The notes: generated by a model from the letters alone, not told the origin. 38,570 nucleotides of DNA from Armatimonadota bacterium (GCA_037440005.1 JBBIUY010000029.1:1-38570); one strand, 5' to 3'; positions 8,001 through 17,944 are shown, numbered from the stretch's first letter. A program made the numbers and translations.

Positions 8001-9509
8001 ATGTCCGCGAGCCCTCTTGTCCGGCTGGAGGAGATCTCCAAGGCCTTCCCCGGAGTCCTGGCCAACGACCGGGTCACCCTGGAGGTGACGGCGGGAGAGA
8101 TTCACGCGCTGGTGGGCGAGAACGGCGCCGGAAAGACCACGCTGATGCGCATCCTCTGCGGGCTGGAACGCCCCGATGGAGGACGCATCTACTGGCAGGG
8201 CAGGCCGGTGGAGATCTCCTCGCCGCAGGAGGCCATCCGGCTGGGCATCGGCATGGTGCACCAGCGGTTTCAGCTGGTGCCCTCGCTCACGGTCGCCGAA
8301 AACGTCGCTCTGGGGAGGGAACCCCGCCGCGGCCCGGTCTTTGACCGCTCCCGGGCGGCCGTCGAGGTGCAGGACCTGGCCGTCCGCACCGGGTTGCGGG
8401 TGGACCCCCGCGCCACCGTGGCCGATCTGTCCGTCGGTGTGCAGCAGCGCGTGGAGATTCTGCGTGTTCTCCTACGTCGCCCTCGGTTGCTCATCCTGGA
8501 CGAGCCCACCACGGTGCTGACGCCGCAGGAAACCACCGACCTGTTCGCCGTCCTGCGGCGGCTGGCGGCTGAGGGCACAACCATCCTCTTCATCACGCAC
8601 AAGCTTCCGGAGGTTTTCGCCATATCGAGCCGGGTGACGGTCCTGCGCCGTGGACGGGTGGTGGGGACGCTGCGCACCGCAGAGGCCGCGCCCGAGGCGC
8701 TCGCCAGGATGATCGTCGGCGAGGCCCTCCCGGCCCGCCGGGATGCCCGCGAGGAGCCTCCGGGCGTGCCCGTCCTGAGGGTGGAGAACCTGCGCGTCCG
8801 GGACGACCGCGGTGCTCAGGTGCTGGACGGTGTGACGCTGGAGGTCCGGCGCGGGGAAATCCTGGGAGTGGCCGGAGTGGAAGGCAACGGGCAGAAGGAG
8901 CTCGTGGAGGTCATCGCCGGGGTGCGCCCGCTCGAGACGGGCCGCGTGCTGCTGGGCGAGGACGATGTGACCTTCGCTCCGGTGCGCGCCCGGCGCGCCG
9001 CGGGGCTCGCCGTGATCCCCGAGGACCGTTACCTCCAGGGCGTGAGTTTGCCGATGACTGTCGAGGAGAATCTCCTCGCGACCCGCTATCCGTCCTTCGT
9101 CAGGCGTGGTCTGCTGGAGGCGGGTCGCATCCGCTCGTGGGCTCTGGCGGTCATGGGGCAGTTTGACATCCGGGCGCCGCACCCGGCAGCGGCCGCCCGC
9201 ACCCTGTCGGGAGGCAACCTCCAGCGGGTCGTGGTGGCCCGGGAACTGGCATCCGCACCCGTGGTGCTGGTGGCCAGCCACCCGTCCCGGGGACTGGACC
9301 TGGCAGCCACCCGGTTCGTGCACGACCAGCTGCGGGCGCTACGTGACCGGGGCGGCGGCGTCTTGCTGGTTTCGGCGGACCTGGACGAGATCCTTGAACT
9401 GGCCGACCGCATCGCGGTCATCTTCGCGGGCCGGATCGTCGCCCACCTGCCCGCTGCCGGCGCAAGCCGGGAGCGCCTGGGTCTGCTGATGGCCGGGAAG
9501 GCGGCATGA
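8001..9509 (+). CDS. Nucleoside/sugar ABC transporter ATP-binding protein (two NBDs); start could be GTG 7965
   Basis: Walker A GENGAGKTT, LILDEPT, second domain GVEGNGQ and LSGGNLQR. Confidence 0.92.
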   Translation: MSASPLVRLEEISKAFPGVLANDRVTLEVTAGEIHALVGENGAGKTTLMRILCGLERPDGGRIYWQGRPVEISSPQEAIRLGIGMVHQRFQLVPSLTVAENVALGREPRRGPVFDRSRAAVEVQDLAVRTGLRVDPRATVADLSVGVQQRVEILRVLLRRPRLLILDEPTTVLTPQETTDLFAVLRRLAAEGTTILFITHKLPEVFAISSRVTVLRRGRVVGTLRTAEAAPEALARMIVGEALPARRDAREEPPGVPVLRVENLRVRDDRGAQVLDGVTLEVRRGEILGVAGVEGNGQKELVEVIAGVRPLETGRVLLGEDDVTFAPVRARRAAGLAVIPEDRYLQGVSLPMTVEENLLATRYPSFVRRGLLEAGRIRSWALAVMGQFDIRAPHPAAAARTLSGGNLQRVVVARELASAPVVLVASHPSRGLDLAATRFVHDQLRALRDRGGGVLLVSADLDEILELADRIAVIFAGRIVAHLPAAGASRERLGLLMAGKAA

Positions 9510-10561
9510 TCGCCATCGCGGTCCGCCGGGAGTGGGTCGCATCAGTGGCCAGGTTTGCGGTCACCTTCCTGGCCGCGCTGCTGGTGGGCGCGGCGGTGAT
9601 GGTTGCGTCGGACCGTCCGGCCTTGCAGGCCTACCGCACGCTCTTCACCGTGGCCTTCGTGGGCGTCCAAAACGTCGCCGACACCCTACTGACGGCCACG
9701 CCGCTGATCTTCACGGGAGTGGCCACCGCCGTCGCCTTCCGCGCCGGGGTGTTCAACGTGGGGGTGGAAGGCGCCCTGCACCTCGGAGCCTTTGCAGCCG
9801 CGTGGGTCGGCTTCACCGCTACCGCCCTGCCGGGGCCGGTGGTCATCCCGCTGGCTCTCCTCGCCGCTGGCGTGGCGGGCGCGCTGTTCTGCTTGGGACC
9901 GGGCGTGCTGCGGGCCTACCTGCGGGTGGACGAGATCGTCACCACCATCATGCTCAACTACGTGGCGATCTTCTTCACCTCGTACCTAGTCAACTATCCC
10001 TATGCCGTCCCGGGGCTGGCCAACGCTATGAGCCCGAAGATCTCGCCGGCGGCGGTGTTGCCACGCCTGCTGCCCCCCTCCCAGCTGAACTTGGCGCTGG
10101 TGGTGGCGCTGGCGGTGGTCGTGGCCGTTCACCTGATCATGACGCGCACACCCCTGGGCTACGAGCTGCGGGCCGTGGGCTCGAACCCCGTCTTTGCCCG
10201 CTGGGCCGGCATCCCCGTCGGAGCGGTGATCGTGAAGGTGATGCTGCTGTCGGGGTTCATAGGCGGTCTGGCCGGGGCCGGGCAGGTCCTGGGGGTGAAC
10301 TACCGGTTTGTGGACGGGTTCTCCCCGGGCTACGGCTTCGACGGCATTACCATCGCGCTGCTGGGTCGCAACACCCCGCTGGGGGCGCTGGCGGCGGCGG
10401 TGTTGATGGGAGCCCTCCGCAGTGGAGGCGCCACCGTGGAACTGTTCATGGACATCCCCAAGGACCTGGTCTTGATTCTGGAAGCCACCATCATCTTCTT
10501 CGTGACGGCCGAGTACGGACTGGACTTCACCCGGAGGCGCCGGCATGCCCTGGCTGGCTGA
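9506..10561 (+). CDS. Nucleoside ABC transporter permease 1
   Basis: AFRAGVFNVGVEG, TIMLNY, GFDGITIALLG; ATGA overlap with the ATPase stop. Confidence 0.9.
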   Translation: MIAIAVRREWVASVARFAVTFLAALLVGAAVMVASDRPALQAYRTLFTVAFVGVQNVADTLLTATPLIFTGVATAVAFRAGVFNVGVEGALHLGAFAAAWVGFTATALPGPVVIPLALLAAGVAGALFCLGPGVLRAYLRVDEIVTTIMLNYVAIFFTSYLVNYPYAVPGLANAMSPKISPAAVLPRLLPPSQLNLALVVALAVVVAVHLIMTRTPLGYELRAVGSNPVFARWAGIPVGAVIVKVMLLSGFIGGLAGAGQVLGVNYRFVDGFSPGYGFDGITIALLGRNTPLGALAAAVLMGALRSGGATVELFMDIPKDLVLILEATIIFFVTAEYGLDFTRRRRHALAG

Positions 10562-11453
10562 CCTGGGATTCGCGACCGTGCGTCTGACGGCCCCTATCAT
10601 CCTGGCCGCCATGGGAGGAGTACTCAGCCAGCGGGCTGGGTTGGTGAACATCGCCCTGGAAGGGAAGATGCTGGCAGGGGCGTTTGCCGCCGTCCTGGGG
10701 TCCTTTTACGCCCACAGCGCCTGGGCGGGCGTGGCGGCGGCCGTGGCGACGGGGGCGGCCCTGGCCCTGGTGTTCGGTGTCTTCGTCCTCCGCCTGCGGG
10801 CGAACCTGGTGGTGGCCGGGCTGGCCGTCAACATCCTCGCACTGGGCGGGACCGGGTACCTGCTGCAGGTGTTGTTCGGCACGCGGGGTGCGTTCGCCCC
10901 CCAGGGGCTGCGCGGGTTGGGGACCGTCCACATCCCCGGCGTGGATCGGGTGCCGGTCCTGGGACGGGTGTTGGACGGCCACACCCCTGTGGTGTACCTC
11001 ACCTGGGCGGTGGTTGTTCTCACCCACCTGTTCCTCTCGCGCACGGTGGCGGGGTTGCGGGTGCGGGCGGTGGGGGAGCACCCGGAGGCGGCGGCGTCGG
11101 TGGGCGTGCCGGTCGCGCGGGTGCAGTACGCCATGCTGATGATCGCCGGAGCCCTCTGCGGCCTGGCGGGCGCGCAAATGTCGCTGGGCAACCTGCAGCT
11201 GTTCTCCTACAACATGAGCGGCGGCCGGGGCTTCATGGCCCTGGCCGCTGTTTTCTTCGGACAGGCCCGGGCCTGGCCGACGGCGCTGGGCGGGCTGGTC
11301 CTCGGCCTGTTCGACGCGCTCCAGATCCGCCTGCAGACCACCGTGGGCGTCCCCCCGCAGATCACCCAGATGCTGCCCTTTCTGGCCATCGTCGCCGCCC
11401 TCACGTGGGTGTCGTGGAGGAGGCAGGTCCGTGGCGGCGTCCTCGCGCCCTGA
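10545..11453 (+). CDS. Nucleoside ABC transporter permease 2
   Basis: RAGLVNIALEG, RAVGEHPEAA, GRGFMALAAVFFG. Confidence 0.9.
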   Translation: MPWLADLGFATVRLTAPIILAAMGGVLSQRAGLVNIALEGKMLAGAFAAVLGSFYAHSAWAGVAAAVATGAALALVFGVFVLRLRANLVVAGLAVNILALGGTGYLLQVLFGTRGAFAPQGLRGLGTVHIPGVDRVPVLGRVLDGHTPVVYLTWAVVVLTHLFLSRTVAGLRVRAVGEHPEAAASVGVPVARVQYAMLMIAGALCGLAGAQMSLGNLQLFSYNMSGGRGFMALAAVFFGQARAWPTALGGLVLGLFDALQIRLQTTVGVPPQITQMLPFLAIVAALTWVSWRRQVRGGVLAP

Positions 11454-12369
11454 GGTGCTGGTGGCAGGATACCCCAGCATCGACTACATCGCCCGCATCC
11501 AGCGGGAGACCGGGCCGGGGTGGACGGGCATCATCGAACATCTGTGGGACGGGCCGACCTTTGGGGGGTGCGGTCCCAACGTGGCGGTGGCCCTGACGCG
11601 GCTGGGCGTGTCCGCGGGCGTGGTCACGGTGGTGGGCGATGATCCAGAGGGCTCCGCCTATATGGCCTATCTGCACCACTGCGGCGTGCACACCCGCTGC
11701 GTGGCCGTGGCGCCCCACCGCCGGACGTCTCGGACCTTCCTGTTCGTCCCCCCGCACGGCGCGACCAGTCTCTTCTTCGATCCCGGGGCGATGGACGAGG
11801 GTGCACGTCCGGCTTCCCTGGACCTGGCCGGCGTGCGGATGGCTGTGCTGACCGTCGCCCCGCCCGGCTTCACCACGGCCGTCGCCCGGCAGGCAGCTGC
11901 CGCCCGGGTCCCGGTGGCCTGGCAGCTGAAGGGAGATCTCACGGCGTACCCCACGGACGTGCTGCCGGAGTTCCTCGCCGGCAGCGACGTGGTGTTCATG
12001 AACGCTCAGGAGGCGCGGTATGTGTGTGCCGCTCTGGGCGCTCTCGGTCCGGGAGATCTGATCGGTCGCGGGCCGCGGGCCGTCTTCGTGACCCAGGGAG
12101 AGCAGGGCTGTCAGGTCATCACCTCCGCAGGCTCCGCCCACGTCCCCGCAGTACCTGCCGCTGTCGTCGACCCCACCGGCGCCGGGGACGCGTTCACCGC
12201 CGGTGCAGTCGCAGCCATGCTGCGCGGGTGGGACGAGCAAGCGGCGGCACGACTGGGGGCGGTGGTGGCGTCCTTTGTCGTGGAGGCGTGGGGGTGCCAG
12301 ACGAACCTGCCGACATGGCCGGCGGCGCTGGATCGGTACCGGACGGTCTTCGGTCCGCCGCCCGCCTAA
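11431..12369 (+). CDS. PfkB-family carbohydrate/nucleoside kinase
   Basis: GGCGPNVAVAL, VTQGEQG, DPTGAGDAF signature. Confidence 0.9.
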   Translation: MAASSRPEVLVAGYPSIDYIARIQRETGPGWTGIIEHLWDGPTFGGCGPNVAVALTRLGVSAGVVTVVGDDPEGSAYMAYLHHCGVHTRCVAVAPHRRTSRTFLFVPPHGATSLFFDPGAMDEGARPASLDLAGVRMAVLTVAPPGFTTAVARQAAAARVPVAWQLKGDLTAYPTDVLPEFLAGSDVVFMNAQEARYVCAALGALGPGDLIGRGPRAVFVTQGEQGCQVITSAGSAHVPAVPAAVVDPTGAGDAFTAGAVAAMLRGWDEQAAARLGAVVASFVVEAWGCQTNLPTWPAALDRYRTVFGPPPA

Positions 12370-12379
12370 AGGAGACGAT

Positions 12380-12937
12380 ATGAGCACTGCGCTCCTGTTG
12401 GTCGACGTGATCAATGACTTTTTCGACCCGCGCGGTCGCAACTACCACCCCTCCTACGCACCTATTCTGGCCCGCATCCGCGACCTGCTGCAGGTGGCGC
12501 GGGAGGCCGGTGTGCCGGTGGTCCACTGTATGGAAGGACACCGGCCCGGGGTGGACTTCGAGCACCGCAAGCTGCCGGTCCACTGCATCGTGGGTGACCA
12601 CGACGCCGCTCCCGCTCCGGGTGTACAGGTGCTGCCGGGAGAGGTGGAGGTGCGCAAGCGGCGCTACAGTGCCTTCTTCGGCACCGACCTGGACCTGCTG
12701 CTGCGGGAACGCGGCGTCCAGCGCCTGGTGGTGGTGGGGGTCAAAAGCCACGTGTGCGTGCGGGCCACCATCCAGGACGCCTTCGCCTACGGCTACGACG
12801 TGGCTCTGGTGCGCGAGTGCACCGGATCCAACCACCCCCATCTCCACGAGGCCAGCCTGGAGGATATTCAGCGCTACATGGGCACGGTGGTGGACTTGGA
12901 CGAAGCCCGCCAGATGTTACGGGCGGCAGCCCGGTAG
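12380..12937 (+). CDS. Cysteine hydrolase (isochorismatase/nicotinamidase family)
   Basis: SD AAGGAG, ATG 12380. Catalytic D (VDVINDF), K (KRRYSAF) and C (SHVCV); also ExH and PVHC as in metal-binding nicotinamidases. Confidence 0.88.
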   Translation: MSTALLLVDVINDFFDPRGRNYHPSYAPILARIRDLLQVAREAGVPVVHCMEGHRPGVDFEHRKLPVHCIVGDHDAAPAPGVQVLPGEVEVRKRRYSAFFGTDLDLLLRERGVQRLVVVGVKSHVCVRATIQDAFAYGYDVALVRECTGSNHPHLHEASLEDIQRYMGTVVDLDEARQMLRAAAR

Positions 12938-12946
12938 GAGAGATCG

Positions 12947-13702
12947 ATGGAGCAGACCTGGTACCTCAAGGTCAGACCGCAGGACGTGGCGTCCCATGTG
13001 GTGTTGGTGGGCGACCCCGCACGCGTTGACCTCTTCCGCGAGCGGCTGGAGGGTGCGACGCTGCGGGGTCAGCAGCGGGAGTTCTCGGTGCTTACCGGCC
13101 AGTATCGAGATCTACCGGTCTCGGTGGTTGCCACTGGAATCGGAGCGCCGGCGTCGGCGATCGTTCTGGAAGAACTCGCCATGCTGGGGGTGCGGGCCGT
13201 CGCGCGCGCGGGCACCATGATGGCCGTGCTCGCCGAACCCGGCACGCTCATCCTGGCGCACGCCGCGTGCCGGTTCGAGTCCACCAGCCGCACCTACCTG
13301 CCCCTGGAAGTCCCGGCGGTGGCCGATCCCGACCTGTTCGCGGCATTTCGGTCCGCCCTGGATGCTTCCGGCCGGCCGTATACGGCGGGGCTGGTCGGCA
13401 CCTGTGACGGCTTCTACACCCAGATGCTTCCGCCCAACCCGGGCCGAGACCCGGACGGGTTGCTGGACCGCTTCGTGTCCTGGCACGTGGCAGGGGTGGA
13501 CATGGAGACCTCCGCCGTCTACTCCATCGCCCGCTATTTGGGCCTGCGGGCGGTCAGCCTGTGCGCTGCCACCGTGGACGGGCGCACACGTCAGGCGCTG
13601 CCGCCTCCGGCACGGGAGGGGCTGGAGCGGGACCTCGTGGCGCTCACCCTGGAAGGTCTGTACACCTACGCGGAACGGGAGGGTGCCCATGGGCGCGCGT
13701 GA
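12947..13702 (+). CDS. Nucleoside phosphorylase (uridine phosphorylase/PNP_UDP_1 family)
   Basis: VGDPARV, REF, TGIGAPASAIVLEEL, RAGT, DGFY, VDMETSA. Confidence 0.88.
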   Translation: MEQTWYLKVRPQDVASHVVLVGDPARVDLFRERLEGATLRGQQREFSVLTGQYRDLPVSVVATGIGAPASAIVLEELAMLGVRAVARAGTMMAVLAEPGTLILAHAACRFESTSRTYLPLEVPAVADPDLFAAFRSALDASGRPYTAGLVGTCDGFYTQMLPPNPGRDPDGLLDRFVSWHVAGVDMETSAVYSIARYLGLRAVSLCAATVDGRTRQALPPPAREGLERDLVALTLEGLYTYAEREGAHGRA

Positions 13703-14450
13703 CTACCTCGCCGACTTGAGCCGGCGGCTGCAGCGCCTGCAGCAAACCCAGCTGTCGGCCCTGGAGGAGGCGGCGCGTCTATGCGCTCGGACCATCGCTG
13801 CCGGCGGTCTGGTGCACCTGTTTGGAACCGGGCACGGCAGCATCCCGGCCCTGGAAGCCTTCCCGCGCACGGGGTCGTTCGTCGGCTGGCACCCCATCGT
13901 GGAACCGGCCCTGGGTCCGCACCTGCGGAACGGCGGAGAAGGTGGCGTCCACCAGTTCCGCTTCCTGCAGGCCGCCGAGGGGTATGGACGGGTCATCCTG
14001 GACGCCCATCCAGTGCACCCGGGCGATGCCTTTGTGCTGTGCTCTCACTCGGGCGTCAACCCGGTGGTGGTTGAGATGGCTGTGCTGGTCAAGGACAGGG
14101 GTCTGCCGGTGGTGGCGGTGACCTCGGTGGAGCACTCCCGGCAGGTCGCGTCGCGCCACAGCAGCGGACGCCGGCTGTTCGAGGTGGCCGATGTGGTTAT
14201 CGACACTCAGGCCCCCTTTGGCGATGCGGTCGTGGACGTTGACGGGCTGAACCAGAAGGTGGCTGCTGTTTCCACGCCTCTGGCCTGCGCCGTGGTGAAT
14301 GCGTTGATCGCCGAGACGGCAATGTACCTGGTGCGCGCCGGACATCCGCCGCTGGTCCTGGGCCACGTGGACCGGGAGGGCCGAGGGGTTCCGCCCGAGC
14401 TGCGGGACCGGTACCGGCGCGAGTACCTGTCTAGACTGTGGAGGAGGTAG
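13689..14450 (+). CDS. SIS (sugar isomerase) domain protein
   Basis: HLFGTGHG, SHSGVN, SRHSSGRRLFEVADVVID, GDA motifs; overlaps the phosphorylase stop. Confidence 0.85.
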   Translation: MGARDYLADLSRRLQRLQQTQLSALEEAARLCARTIAAGGLVHLFGTGHGSIPALEAFPRTGSFVGWHPIVEPALGPHLRNGGEGGVHQFRFLQAAEGYGRVILDAHPVHPGDAFVLCSHSGVNPVVVEMAVLVKDRGLPVVAVTSVEHSRQVASRHSSGRRLFEVADVVIDTQAPFGDAVVDVDGLNQKVAAVSTPLACAVVNALIAETAMYLVRAGHPPLVLGHVDREGRGVPPELRDRYRREYLSRLWRR

Positions 14451-14544
14451 CGGCAGATCGGTCCTGCTCATTCGTCGAAAGGCGGCCCCCATTGACTGAT
14501 GCCAAGATCATCCTTCTTAGGCGGGAGCCTGGTTTCGAAGGGCC

Positions 14545-14576
14545 GCTCAGGGACCTTTAAGCTCAGGGACCTTTAA
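14545..14576. repeat. Perfect 16-bp tandem duplication (GCTCAGGGACCTTTAA)x2
   Basis: Copies at 14545-14560 and 14561-14576. Confidence 0.95.
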
Positions 14577-14751
14577 GAGGTTATTACCAGGTCACCTGCG
14601 GTCGCTATTGTAAGAGACAACGGTGACAGTCACCCGTTGGAGTAGCTAAGCTTACAAATAATCACCCTATTGCGCGGGGGGCAAGTCGCACAGAGAGGGG
14701 ACCCTCCAATTGGGGACGTGACGACTGCGGTCTGCAAACCTCTTGGCCCGG

Positions 14752-15870
14752 TCAGCGCTTCGCCCGCTGCTTCCACCCCGCCAGCCCCGCCGTCCCCACC
14801 CCGATGGCCACCGCCGCCAGACGGGCGACCCAGCCATAGGGAAGGGCATACAAGACGCCGAGGATCACCGAGCCTGTCAGCACGGCCAGGGGCAGAGCCG
14901 GTGGCCGGTGTCTCGTTAGTGGCGTCAGCAGGACCTGTCCCACGCCCGCAGCCACCAGCGCCTGTGATCCGTACGCCACCGCCGCCAGCAGCAGCACCAG
15001 AACTGCGGCCAGCGGCAGGCCGATCACCGTCACCGCCAGGAGGACCGCCAGGACGGGGACCGCCGCCACCAGCACGACCCCGGCGGCCAGGTTGACTGGC
15101 AGTCTCCGAATCGCCACCCGCCCTCCTTCCCGCACGGCCTGCGGCATGAGAGCCGCCGCTACCAAGCCCAGGACCAGCAGCCCCAGAGCCTCCCACACGC
15201 GCAGAGCGTATGGCACAGGCATCCCCAGCACCCGCACCGGGCGCCGGGGCGGGCGGGGGACACGCTCGACCGTGCCGCCGATCCGCGCTCCCGGCTGGAT
15301 GTCGGCCTCCACGTTCGCCGAATAGCGTACGTCGCCGCCGATCACCGCCGTGGGCATGATCACGAGGCGTCTGGCGTCCACCCGCAGTCCTTTGCCCACG
15401 CGTCCGGCGACGACCACGGTCCCGCCCACCGCCCGCAGGTACCGGCCCACATCTCCGGCCACCCGGATGTCCCCGCCGGCGACCATCAGATCCCGGCCGA
15501 TCCGCGCTCCCTCGGGCACGCTCACCTCTCCGGCCGCCACCACCGCATCGGTTCCCACCTCACCCGAGAGGGACACGGTCTGCGCCACCGCGCGCACGGC
15601 GCGGTCGACCCGACCTCCGACGTGGACGTCTCGGGCTGCGGCTAGGATTCCGCCGGTCACGCGGCCTGTCAGTTCCACCGTCCGGGCTGCCGCCGCAAGG
15701 TCACCGTCCACCGTGCCGGCGACCGTGATCGTCGTCCCGGCCGCGTACACGTCGTCGGACACGCTGTCCGAGATGGTGATGACATCACCGGTCCTGACGA
15801 CGAACGCCGCAGCAGGCGCCGCCTGGACCAGCACCAGCGCCATGGCCACGATCATGCGCCTCGCGGTCAC
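14752..15870 (-). CDS. Polymer-forming cytoskeletal (bactofilin-like beta-helix) membrane protein
   Basis: SD GGAGGTG before GTG 15870, signal peptide, repeated G.V.GD(L/V).AA units and a multi-TM C-terminus; the long 5' extension in the ORF track is spurious. Confidence 0.8.
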   Translation of the reverse strand: MTARRMIVAMALVLVQAAPAAAFVVRTGDVITISDSVSDDVYAAGTTITVAGTVDGDLAAAARTVELTGRVTGGILAAARDVHVGGRVDRAVRAVAQTVSLSGEVGTDAVVAAGEVSVPEGARIGRDLMVAGGDIRVAGDVGRYLRAVGGTVVVAGRVGKGLRVDARRLVIMPTAVIGGDVRYSANVEADIQPGARIGGTVERVPRPPRRPVRVLGMPVPYALRVWEALGLLVLGLVAAALMPQAVREGGRVAIRRLPVNLAAGVVLVAAVPVLAVLLAVTVIGLPLAAVLVLLLAAVAYGSQALVAAGVGQVLLTPLTRHRPPALPLAVLTGSVILGVLYALPYGWVARLAAVAIGVGTAGLAGWKQRAKR

Positions 15871-16087
15871 CCTGTCACCTCCCTGCCCCTCTTCTCCGTG
15901 TGTGGTTCCCTGCACAGGACGAGAGGCCTGCCGGGCTGTATCAGCCCGCAGGAAAACAGCGCGCCTGCGATCGGGGGCCACCTTCAGCGCGTAGCCAGCA
16001 GACACTCCCCGTGTCCCCCGCGCTATAATCCACCCGTGACCGCTATCATGTGAACATGGACCTAGCCGGCTGGAGGAGCCCGCCGCC

Positions 16088-16288
16088 GTGCCGGTCGAGG
16101 TGATCGTCCTCAACGACGCCCCTTGTAGTGTTGTGGGCGCGGTGTTGAAAGGGCACATCCCGCACCGTCGTGCCCAGCAAGCGCTGGCGGCTGTGGCCGA
16201 GGGCACGGGCCGGGAGAGGATGGACATGGCGGTCCTGAGGCGGGAGCCGCTGCGGGACGGGTTGGGCCTGCGGACGGCCGCACCCTGA
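16088..16288 (+). CDS. Small hypothetical protein (66 aa), N-terminus reminiscent of DsrE family; possibly a decayed gene
   Basis: TATAAT at 16024-16029, SD GGAGG at 16072-16076, sequence VIVLNDAP. Confidence 0.4.
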   Translation: MPVEVIVLNDAPCSVVGAVLKGHIPHRRAQQALAAVAEGTGRERMDMAVLRREPLRDGLGLRTAAP

Positions 16289-16302
16289 CGCGGGCCTGGG
16301 AG

Positions 16303-17853
16303 ATGTCCACCACCGTCACCGTCTACGACGGTGCCACCACCATCGGGGGCAATAAGATCCTGCTGGAGGACGGCGAGGTCGCCGTCCTGCTGGATTTTGG
16401 CACCTCCTTCGACGCCCGCGGCCGTTTCTTTGAGGAGTTCCTGCCGCCCCGCTCCCGGGCGGGGCTGGTGGACCTGATGCACATGGGCCTGCTGCCGCCC
16501 CTGCGCGGAATCTACCGGTCCGACCTGGTAGATCCCGCGGGGCGGACCTGGGAGCGGGCGCGGCGGTTCCCCCACCACCGCGAGCTGGAGGCGTCGGCCG
16601 TACTGCTCTCCCACGCCCACGTGGATCACTGCGGGTACGTCTCGTTCTTAGACCCTCGCATTCCCGTCGTTTGCACGGCCATGACGGCCTACCTGGTCAA
16701 GGCGATCCAGGACGCAGCGGCCCACCAGTTCGAAGGCGAGATGGCCTACGCCATCCCCAAGATTGCCGACGAGGAGGGCACCGTCGGGTCGGCGCCCCCT
16801 AAAGACTTTCCGTTCGTCCGCCGCCCCTATCGGGTGGCCGACGCGGTGCCCCTGGACCCTCACGACTTCTGGAACCTGTCGCCGACCGGGGACCGCGGGC
16901 GGTACTTTCCGCCGGATCGGCTGGAGACCGCGGCCGAGGTGGCCCGTCTACCGGTGCGCTTTTTCCCCGTGGACCACTCCATCTACGGCGCCGCCGCGAT
17001 CGCCGTGCGGACGTCGGCCGGGTGGGTCGTCTACACGGGCGACCTACGCCGCCACGGTCGCCGGGCCGACCTCACCGACGCCTTCGTGGCGCAGGCGCGA
17101 GCCCTGCAGCCGGTGGCCCTGGTGTGCGAGGGCACCAACATCGACCGCGGTCCGGGGGCGAGCGAGCAGGAGGCGTTCGACGCCGCCCTGCGAGCGGTGG
17201 AGAACGCCCGGGGCGAGCTGGTGGTCGCCGACTTTGGCCCGCGCAACGTGGAGCGGTTGCTGGCGTTCCTGGAGATCGCCCGCCGGACCGGGCGCCGCCT
17301 GGTCATCACCGACAAGGACGCCTACCTGCTGCGGGCGATGCACGCGGTCGACCCGGCCATCCCCACGCCGGCATCCGAGCCGGGGCTGGTCGTGTACCGG
17401 CGGCGCCTGCTGCGCCCCGACCGGTGGGTGGAGTTGGTCCGGGAGTGGTTCCCCGACCAGGTGACCGCTTCCGAGGTGGGGGCGCGGCGGGGCGAGGTCA
17501 TCCTGTGCTTTTCGTTCTTCGATATCACCGAACTCATCGACATCGATCCCCCCGGCGGGGTGTGGATCTACTCGGCCAGCGAGCCCCACAACGAGGAGCA
17601 GCTGTTCGAACTGAGCCGGTTGCGCAACTGGCTGGATTACTTTCGCCTCCGCCCGCTGGGGGTGGGCGACGCGCCGTCACCCTACCACTCGTCGGGCCAC
17701 ATCAGCGGGCCCGAGCTGGTGGACCTCATCCGGGAGATCGCCCCCGCGCAGGTCATCCCGGTGCACACCACCCACCCCGAACGCTTCGCCGACCTGCTGG
17801 GCGGCCGTCCGCCGGTGCGCCTTCCCCGGATCGGCGTCCCCCTGACCCTGTGA
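16303..17853 (+). CDS. MBL-fold metallo-hydrolase, beta-CASP/RNase J-like
   Basis: IGGNKILL, LDFG, SHAHVDH, VDHS, YTGDLRRHG, CEGT, HSSGH, IPVHT. Confidence 0.85.
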   Translation: MSTTVTVYDGATTIGGNKILLEDGEVAVLLDFGTSFDARGRFFEEFLPPRSRAGLVDLMHMGLLPPLRGIYRSDLVDPAGRTWERARRFPHHRELEASAVLLSHAHVDHCGYVSFLDPRIPVVCTAMTAYLVKAIQDAAAHQFEGEMAYAIPKIADEEGTVGSAPPKDFPFVRRPYRVADAVPLDPHDFWNLSPTGDRGRYFPPDRLETAAEVARLPVRFFPVDHSIYGAAAIAVRTSAGWVVYTGDLRRHGRRADLTDAFVAQARALQPVALVCEGTNIDRGPGASEQEAFDAALRAVENARGELVVADFGPRNVERLLAFLEIARRTGRRLVITDKDAYLLRAMHAVDPAIPTPASEPGLVVYRRRLLRPDRWVELVREWFPDQVTASEVGARRGEVILCFSFFDITELIDIDPPGGVWIYSASEPHNEEQLFELSRLRNWLDYFRLRPLGVGDAPSPYHSSGHISGPELVDLIREIAPAQVIPVHTTHPERFADLLGGRPPVRLPRIGVPLTL

Positions 17854-17944
17854 GGCGGCGCGCGTGATCCTTCCGACGTCCCTCGCCTCCGGAGGACTCC
17901 GCCGGTCAGGACATTGAAGAAGAGTTCTACGAAGATTACGAATC

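Noticed and set aside
14429..14436. Second GTCTAGAC core
   Set aside because: Inside the 3' end of the SIS CDS, flanks are not palindromic and no downstream gene needs it; probably chance.
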